Positions 57,160 through 64,000 of a DNA stretch of 64,000 bases are shown here, in pieces. The notes beneath the pieces are model-generated. The model ran no database searches, was not told where the DNA came from, and worked only from the letters and a program-made list of their open reading frames with translations. Every line of letters starts with the position of its first letter. Position 1 is the first letter of the stretch. The translations under genes and the position numbers were made by a program. Origin of the DNA: a virus; IMG/VR virus record IMGVR_UViG_3300046001_008198, positions 61,220 through 125,219 of that record. One strand, written 5' to 3'.

Positions 57160-58101
57160 ATGAAGAATAAACTACTCCGTTATAGAACATTGGATCAGTT
57201 GATAACTGAGATCAAAAGTGATTTATATTCGTATGACATGAATGGTGAGATTCGTGCTGAGAATTTAATCAAGGTTGTTAAAACAATTAATGCGAAACTT
57301 GGGTTAAAGATTCATAAGACAAAGAATGCTGTTTTGGAAATTGAGAACGGGTGGGCTAAACTACCGGAAGACTTTCACATGATGAACTACATGTACCTAT
57401 TGGGTAACTTTGAAGTAATAGCTCCTGTAATACAAGGGACGCATGTAGAAGAAGTTCCTGTAGGTTTCCCCGTGTATCAACCAGGAGTAGATCATATTGA
57501 TATTTGCGCCGTTCCTCCTGTATGTCCACCACCTGTAGTACCTGAATGTAATGCATGTGAGAATCCACAACCGTGTAATTGTAATACTACATGCAACACT
57601 TGGATTAACTGTAAGGGAGAAGAGATGACTTTAATTCAAAAGCTTAAATTCTCATATAGGAAGTGGACAGAGTTTTACAGAATACGACTTGTTGGTGAAC
57701 CTAGCTTTATGGATCCGATGTGTCCGAATAAAACATGGCAGGCGAAGAACACCGCATATCTAACTGATGATAGTAACATCCGATGTGGTGTTAACTCGGG
57801 TCAACTTTATATCAACTACGAGGGGATGATGGAAGATGAAGCGGGAAATCTATTAGTCTTAGACCACGACCTTGTTAATGATTATTATGAGTACGCTTGT
57901 AAAGACCGTTTCTTTGAGAACAGAGTGCTTAACAATGAGCCTGTGAATCAAATGGCTATACAACTTGTGAAGACAAGTTTACGCGAAGCGAAGAATTTGG
58001 CGCAAGGTGTAGCACGAATGCCTGAATTTGATGAGATTCAAAACATTTGGAAGTTGAACAGAAAGGCTAGGTTTACAAAATATTATGCAATTTTTAGATA
58101 A
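57160..58101 (+). CDS. tail ring/tubular protein (P22 gp4-like position)
   Basis: 313 aa; AKLPEDF, LYINY.G..EDE.G.LL..DH; synteny. Confidence 0.55.
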   Translation: MKNKLLRYRTLDQLITEIKSDLYSYDMNGEIRAENLIKVVKTINAKLGLKIHKTKNAVLEIENGWAKLPEDFHMMNYMYLLGNFEVIAPVIQGTHVEEVPVGFPVYQPGVDHIDICAVPPVCPPPVVPECNACENPQPCNCNTTCNTWINCKGEEMTLIQKLKFSYRKWTEFYRIRLVGEPSFMDPMCPNKTWQAKNTAYLTDDSNIRCGVNSGQLYINYEGMMEDEAGNLLVLDHDLVNDYYEYACKDRFFENRVLNNEPVNQMAIQLVKTSLREAKNLAQGVARMPEFDEIQNIWKLNRKARFTKYYAIFR

Positions 58102-61100
58102 TGGCAAAACAAAGACAGTCTGGTGCAGTACCGAGTAGTACAAATACTTTTGAGAAAGGTGTTATAAGTGATATCAAAGATAGACACTTACCAAGTCAGT
58201 ATATGACTTTTGCCCGTAATGCAATTAATAAATCTCATATTGGCGACCTTGGTAATAAGCAGAATGAACCGGGAAATAAATTTTGTACTGCTGCTCCTTA
58301 TACAATAATTGGAGCCTTACATCGGGTTGCAGGATTATGGACTATTTTTTCTACGAATGATGTTGATTCAGAAATTGGAATTTTTGATGAAGATACTTGT
58401 GAGTATACAACCAAAGTAAATGACAGATGTTTAAATTTTAAAACCATATATCTTATTAAAGGTGCAACTCGTCCTACATTCGATTGTGGGTTTAGAGATT
58501 ATTGGGCTGATGGATTTAATCCAGACCGTACAATAAACCTTGATACTATTCCATGGGTTCAGGATTGTACTGACAGTAATGGTGATGATCCGGGAGGGTG
58601 TATTACTTGTGTTGATACTGATGTGCTTGATTGCGATAAGATTCGATTGGAAACATATATTCAAACACCATGTCTTCACCTTAGTAAAAGTGGATCTGCA
58701 GGAAATATTCTTAATGGTTCATACATAGCTGTTATAGCCTATACTATTAATGGTCAGCGAATGACTGATTATTTTACTAGGTCTAATGTACTAAGTCTTT
58801 TTTCATTTGATGATGTGAATTCTAGCATTACTGTTGAATTATCAAACCTTGATACAAATTTTGATGAGTATGAACTGGTAATCATTTCAACAATTGCTGA
58901 AAAGACAACTGCTTACAAAGTAGGTCTGTATAGTACTAATCAAACTATTGTAAGTCTTGATGTATTATTTACAGAATTGGAAGCTGTTCCTTTGGTAAAT
59001 ATTCCTATAATGAATCCAATAGCTGATAAGTCAGATGCTATTTATAATGTAGGAAAGTATTTATTCAGAAGTAGTGTTACAACCAAATTTGATTTTAATT
59101 ACCAACCTTTAGCTAATCAGATTAGAGCTTTATGGCAGGTAATCGAATACCCAAAAGATTATTACAAAGAAGGTGGAACAAATGTAGGATACCCTCGTGA
59201 TGAAAACATGTCATTCTTCCTGAGATTCATTTATACCACAGGAGATAAAACAAAAATCTATCATATTCCTGGTCGTGGACCTAGAGCTTATTTGTTGCCA
59301 ACAGCGGTTTCTGTTCAAGAGGATGATGATTATCTTACAGTGGAAGTAAATAACTTAGAAGAGATTGCGGGTTTAACAGCAAAAGTTTTTGAGCGATTTA
59401 ATACAGCATCTTTAAATGCTACACCGGGAACTGTACTTGCTGATGGTGGTATAGTTACAGCCGAAGGCGATATGGGTTATCATCAATCGTCTGAATTTTA
59501 TGATGACAAACATCCAGAAATATGGAACTCCGATGTATTAGGAAGACCTGATTGGGATCTTTGTGGTAAACCAATTCGTCACCATAAATTTCCTGAAAAT
59601 ACTATTTATGCAAATGGTGGGGTAACAACATCTACCAATCATTTTGTTGACGGTGGTAATAAAATTCGGATTATGGGTGTTCGCTTTGAGAACATTCAAC
59701 CTCCTGTGGATAATAATGGTGTACCTATTCCTGGAATTGTTGGTTATGAAATCCTTCGTGGAAGTCGTGATGGAAACAAGACTGTGTTGTATAAAGGTAT
59801 TATTAATAATATGTTTGAGTATGATATACCTGACACCATTTCAAATAGAACAGGGTTGTATCAAAACTATCCATATAATGATCTTAATCCAGATCCATTT
59901 ATTTCTACAACAGAAGTGTCATTTGAAACCATTGGAGGATTAACCAACTATAACCCAAATGATCAGTATAGTAAAAAGCACTTTACATTCCATTCTCCTG
60001 ATACTATGTTCTACAAACCTTTTTTAGGACAAAGAGAATTTAAAATATCAGGGGCTGTTTACGGAAACACTGAAGGGTCATGGGTAGAGGTAGATAATCA
60101 TCCTAAACACAAATTTATAACAGATGTAACTTTTGCAGTCTCAGTTGTTATTGGTATAGGTTATGCTATTATGAAAACTATTGGTAAGAAAAGTATAACT
60201 CATCAACAATCTTCTCATTACAGTGAACCAATATTTGCAGGAGATAGCACTTCTATAGGTACTTCATTAGGAGCAGCAACTGCAGCTGGTATGACAGCAG
60301 CTTGGACTGCAGCTGAAGCATTTTCTATAGATAGTGGTCTTACACCAATTGTTGCAGTTGTAACTGGAGTAGATGGTGTTGAAACTACATATACAACCAT
60401 TGAATCAACTATAGCTGGACTGAATGCTACGCCTGGAAGTGGTGTTCGTGTTTATGCACCTATTACAACATACGAAGACAAATCGCCAATACCTACAATA
60501 TTAAGAATCGCACAAGCCTCTTATTTATTTGCTACTTATGTAGCTGAAGGTTCCGATTTGACAATGAAAATAATAAAAGCTGTTAGTAAGTGGAGACAGT
60601 TTGCTTTGCAGTATCAAAGTCATTGTGGTTATGAAAACTTCCGTTTTCCTGATATTACAAATCATCGTAGATTAATCAATGATATGAAGTATCTTGATAG
60701 CAAGATTCAAGATTATGGCACAGCTCACAAAGTAAATAATCTATTGCGAAATAGAACTGTAATGTTTGATACAGCAAGTGATGTGGATAATGTTCCCGCA
60801 GCAATTTCTGATAATTCGCGTGATATTTTACCATCTTCATTACCAGGAAGCAATGCTTTTCAAGATATTACACGAAGAGCTTCGAGTCATTATGGTGCAA
60901 TGAAAACCCGTATGCGTAATCAATACGGTCAGCTCAGAAGCATTAAAACACTTCCTGTTAGTGAATGTTATACACCTATAGCTGAAAGTGGTACAGGAAC
61001 TTTATTTGGCGGTGATACATACATTGGAAGATATCAGGAAAAGAATACACTATACTATTTTTATAAATGGTTATTAAATGAAGCTAACGGTACAGAGTTC

Positions 61101-62975
61101 AATTATCATATGTATGACATGATTCGTCATACTGCCTTTTGGATGGACACAGAAGAATTTGATACAATGGAGTTTGTTCAAAGTATTGGACCAGCAATTC
61201 AAAGTGCAATTACAGCAGGAGATGTTACAAACTTTTTCCAAAATCTTGTATCGCCTTCAGACAAGCATTGTTTTGATAGATTGAGTGGAGGAAATGGATT
61301 GTTTATGGTAAAGAATGCATTTATGTTTTTATTTAACTCAGGAGTTCGTGACTTCTTTGTTGAATCAGAATTGAATATTGATTACAGAGATCACGGTAAC
61401 ACTGATGCCACAAAGCATTGGAGTGTGATGGAAGATTTAAGATCGATGTTCCATTCTAGTATTATCGAGGCGGGAAATTATTATAAGTTAGATCGTAGTT
61501 TATCTGTAGGGTTTTTACCAGCTAATAAAATTTCATGGGCTACAATGCAAGATGCAAACTATGATCCTACAAAAGCTGAGACTTGTTATACTTATTTAGA
61601 CAAAAGAGTTATTTATTCTTTACCTCAGGATATACATGCAACAAAAGATAACTGGAGTGTGTTCCTTGCAAATAATTACCAAGATTTTTTAAGTAAGATA
61701 ACAGGTATCAAACAGATCAATCTTTCAGGCGCTATATTTTTATTTGAAAGACATGGCCCAGGATTATTTCCAGGAGTAGATGAACTACAACTGAAAAGTG
61801 GTACAAGTATTACTGTTGGAGATGGTGGTTTATTTATGAGAGAAATGCAGCAATTATCGAATGCTGATAAACCGTATGAGTATGGATCTTGTCAAAGTAG
61901 ATTATCTATAATCAATACACCATTCGGAACATTCTTTGCAAGTCTTGAGCAAGGTTGTATATTCCAAGTTGGTGAAGGATTAAATGAAATCAGTTTGAAT
62001 AATAATACATACTGGTTTGATCAATATTTACCATACAGGTTACTAGAGGATTTTCCAAACTTTGACGTTTTAGATAATCCTGTTGCCGGAATTGGAGTTC
62101 AGTTCACATATGATCCGCATTTCAAATTAATATACTTCTGTAAAAAAGATTATCGCATTAAACCTATCTGGAAAGATAAAGTTGTTTATGTAGGAAAAGG
62201 TGAATTTCTAGTTGATAATATCGCAAGAATTAAAACTGGAGATCCTAGATATTTTGATAATGCTTCGTGGACTATTAGTTGGGACCCTCAGGAAAAGGGT
62301 GAAGTTAGTTGGCATGATTGGCATCCTGATTTAATTCTACCAACAAAGAATGGTTTTGTTACTACGAAAGGAGCAGGTCTTTGGAAGCATAATGAAAGAT
62401 GTGATTTGTATTGTAATTACTACAATAAAGATTATCCTTTTGAGGTTGAGTTTCAGTTTGATAATATGCCTGCTGTAACAACTGTTCGTAATGTTGAGTA
62501 CTGGATGCAAGTATTTAAATTTATGGATAACTGTAGAGATAGGTTCCATGTTCTTGATTTCAATTTTGATGAAGCTGTTGTTTATAATTCAGAGCAGGTT
62601 TCAGGAGTATTGAAATTGAATCTACAACCACATAATGATATTCGTCTGGAGGATACATATCCTATTGTGCAACCAAATCAGATTCAGATTTTATATTCTA
62701 AAGAAGAACAGAAGTATCGATTTAATCAATTCTGGGATATAATTCGAGACAGAGGTGAATTTTCTCCACTGGCTCAAGATACTATTTGGATTACTGAAGA
62801 AAATGGTTACATAAAAAATATTAATCCTGCTGCAGTAAATTATGCAAAAGCGGAATTGCAAACAAAGAAGTTTAGGCATAACAATAATAGAATAATTCTT
62901 AGACGATTAGTTTGCGGGGACAAGAAAATGATCATTGCTATGGTTGAAACTAAATTACAAATCTCACCGAGATAA
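58101..62975 (+). CDS. muzzle / tail stabilization protein (P22 gp10-like beta-propeller)
   Basis: 1624 aa; FARNAIN, FGGDTYIGR, WTISWD..W.SWHDWHP. Confidence 0.75.
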   Translation: MAKQRQSGAVPSSTNTFEKGVISDIKDRHLPSQYMTFARNAINKSHIGDLGNKQNEPGNKFCTAAPYTIIGALHRVAGLWTIFSTNDVDSEIGIFDEDTCEYTTKVNDRCLNFKTIYLIKGATRPTFDCGFRDYWADGFNPDRTINLDTIPWVQDCTDSNGDDPGGCITCVDTDVLDCDKIRLETYIQTPCLHLSKSGSAGNILNGSYIAVIAYTINGQRMTDYFTRSNVLSLFSFDDVNSSITVELSNLDTNFDEYELVIISTIAEKTTAYKVGLYSTNQTIVSLDVLFTELEAVPLVNIPIMNPIADKSDAIYNVGKYLFRSSVTTKFDFNYQPLANQIRALWQVIEYPKDYYKEGGTNVGYPRDENMSFFLRFIYTTGDKTKIYHIPGRGPRAYLLPTAVSVQEDDDYLTVEVNNLEEIAGLTAKVFERFNTASLNATPGTVLADGGIVTAEGDMGYHQSSEFYDDKHPEIWNSDVLGRPDWDLCGKPIRHHKFPENTIYANGGVTTSTNHFVDGGNKIRIMGVRFENIQPPVDNNGVPIPGIVGYEILRGSRDGNKTVLYKGIINNMFEYDIPDTISNRTGLYQNYPYNDLNPDPFISTTEVSFETIGGLTNYNPNDQYSKKHFTFHSPDTMFYKPFLGQREFKISGAVYGNTEGSWVEVDNHPKHKFITDVTFAVSVVIGIGYAIMKTIGKKSITHQQSSHYSEPIFAGDSTSIGTSLGAATAAGMTAAWTAAEAFSIDSGLTPIVAVVTGVDGVETTYTTIESTIAGLNATPGSGVRVYAPITTYEDKSPIPTILRIAQASYLFATYVAEGSDLTMKIIKAVSKWRQFALQYQSHCGYENFRFPDITNHRRLINDMKYLDSKIQDYGTAHKVNNLLRNRTVMFDTASDVDNVPAAISDNSRDILPSSLPGSNAFQDITRRASSHYGAMKTRMRNQYGQLRSIKTLPVSECYTPIAESGTGTLFGGDTYIGRYQEKNTLYYFYKWLLNEANGTEFNYHMYDMIRHTAFWMDTEEFDTMEFVQSIGPAIQSAITAGDVTNFFQNLVSPSDKHCFDRLSGGNGLFMVKNAFMFLFNSGVRDFFVESELNIDYRDHGNTDATKHWSVMEDLRSMFHSSIIEAGNYYKLDRSLSVGFLPANKISWATMQDANYDPTKAETCYTYLDKRVIYSLPQDIHATKDNWSVFLANNYQDFLSKITGIKQINLSGAIFLFERHGPGLFPGVDELQLKSGTSITVGDGGLFMREMQQLSNADKPYEYGSCQSRLSIINTPFGTFFASLEQGCIFQVGEGLNEISLNNNTYWFDQYLPYRLLEDFPNFDVLDNPVAGIGVQFTYDPHFKLIYFCKKDYRIKPIWKDKVVYVGKGEFLVDNIARIKTGDPRYFDNASWTISWDPQEKGEVSWHDWHPDLILPTKNGFVTTKGAGLWKHNERCDLYCNYYNKDYPFEVEFQFDNMPAVTTVRNVEYWMQVFKFMDNCRDRFHVLDFNFDEAVVYNSEQVSGVLKLNLQPHNDIRLEDTYPIVQPNQIQILYSKEEQKYRFNQFWDIIRDRGEFSPLAQDTIWITEENGYIKNINPAAVNYAKAELQTKKFRHNNNRIILRRLVCGDKKMIIAMVETKLQISPR

Positions 62976-63036
62976 ACATTTAATAGTTACCCAATTGCAA
63001 AAATTATATGTATATTGATTATCATCTTTTGATATT

Positions 63037-64000
63037 ATGAAGAGAAAGTTAGAAAAGTGCGAAGAAGGACAAGAGGTTCAGCAAGGTGCTCCTCAAGGAG
63101 GAAATCCAGAACAAGTTGTTCAACAAGTTGCTCAAGCTTTACAGCAAGGTGCTCCTATTGATCAAGTGGTTATGCAGTTAATGCAACAGTTCCAAGATCC
63201 TCAAGCTGTTATGCAAATACTTGTTCAAGCGGGTATGCCTCAAGAACAGGCCATGCAGGTTATGCAACAAGTAATGCAAGGCGCTCAACAGCAACAACAA
63301 CAAGGTCCGGGTGAAGAAGTAGCAGAAGGTGCAGCAAGCAATCCTCAAGAAGAAATGCAAGAAGCTCCGATGATGGCTTTTGGTGGACCTACAGACCCGC
63401 CTGTAGAAGCAGTCTCTTCTAACAATGCTGTATCATCTTATAGAGGCAAAGCTTTATTTCCTGGACAGTACGGTGATGTAGATTGGGCTACTCGGAATAA
63501 TGGAAACCCTATTGCTCATACGCAAAACAGAGGATGGATGGATTCTATTAAAATGGCTATGCAAACTAATCAGCGTATTCGACAAGATTATGTTGATCCA
63601 AATGGTGTGCCTTATAATCAATATGCTAAAGTTAGTCCTCGTGCATTTCATGTAGATAATGCTCAGGAAAATTATACTTTTGCTTTTGGAGGTCCGACAA
63701 ACTTTGCTCAAATTCTTAAAGAAGGTGGTGAAGCGTTGAAGAAAGAATTCACTCCTAAGATCGAAGATTATTCAACCAAAGATACTGAGTCATACGTGAA
63801 GGATTGGCAAACAGCATTTGCCTCAATTGTTTCGCGTAATAACATTCATGCAAATCTCAACAGAGGAATGAATGACATGAAGGATCTATTTAATCCATTA
63901 CCTAAAGCTGCAAATGGATTAGAGGTTATGACCAGAGATGAATATACTCAAAGTAGAAATGCTGAAGGGTTTGATAAAACAACTGCAGGTGAGGAATGGG
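63037..64000 (+). CDS. Q-rich cargo/ejection protein, N-terminal part (runs off window)
   Basis: Open frame from ATG 63037: MKRKLEKCEEGQEVQQGAPQGG..MMAFGGP..FAFGGP..LKEGG..KAANG. Confidence 0.75.
   Translation, partial: MKRKLEKCEEGQEVQQGAPQGGNPEQVVQQVAQALQQGAPIDQVVMQLMQQFQDPQAVMQILVQAGMPQEQAMQVMQQVMQGAQQQQQQGPGEEVAEGAASNPQEEMQEAPMMAFGGPTDPPVEAVSSNNAVSSYRGKALFPGQYGDVDWATRNNGNPIAHTQNRGWMDSIKMAMQTNQRIRQDYVDPNGVPYNQYAKVSPRAFHVDNAQENYTFAFGGPTNFAQILKEGGEALKKEFTPKIEDYSTKDTESYVKDWQTAFASIVSRNNIHANLNRGMNDMKDLFNPLPKAANGLEVMTRDEYTQSRNAEGFDKTTAGEEW

Noticed and set aside
1723-62879. Many opposite-strand or alternate-frame track ORFs (for example 1723-2166+, 22173-22619-, 42775-43239-, 46744-47226-)
   Set aside because: Shadow ORFs fully overlapping well-supported genes
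1-64000. Stop-codon reassignment as seen in some crAss-like phages
   Set aside because: Long genes are uninterrupted in the standard code, and TAG and TGA end genes at tight junctions (for example 6231, 14401, 19323)
1-64000. Reverse transcriptase (DGR/retron), integrase or RNA polymerase genes
   Set aside because: No YxDD, R-H-R-Y or RNAP DxDxD context recognised in any ORF of this window

Overview
64 kb segment of a large, AT-rich Bacteroidota-infecting tailed phage whose structural module has a crAss-like (Crassvirales-related) gene order. Host and clade are inferred from a DUF4494 gene, a Bacteroidota-type ClpS, TAnnTTTG promoters and the TerL-portal-scaffold-MCP-ring-IHF-muzzle order. 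Genes from 1 to 19.8 kb are all on the minus strand. They include a Dda/RecD-like helicase split by a group I intron carrying a GIY-YIG homing endonuclease, plus WGR, JAB/RadC, PD-(D/E)XK, ClpS, HNH and two SSB-like genes, a tRNA-like gene, many small ORFs and three GC-rich structured non-coding segments. A repeat-rich strand switch lies at 19.8-20.15 kb. The plus arm carries accessory genes, fibre/adhesin genes, a lysis cassette (holin, possible spanin, GH19 endolysin), packaging and capsid genes, tail genes and the start of a Q-rich cargo protein. The most unusual signals are in the left arm: (i) a strand-specific motif TTTACTATCATC present 15 times, 5 of them directly behind intrinsic terminators, which divides the arm into modular units; (ii) a gene with integron-cassette-like boundaries whose start codon lies inside an attC-like hairpin; (iii) a ~290-nt pseudoknotted ncRNA candidate whose closing helix competes with its own terminator. 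All family calls come from motif recognition by eye, not from database searches.
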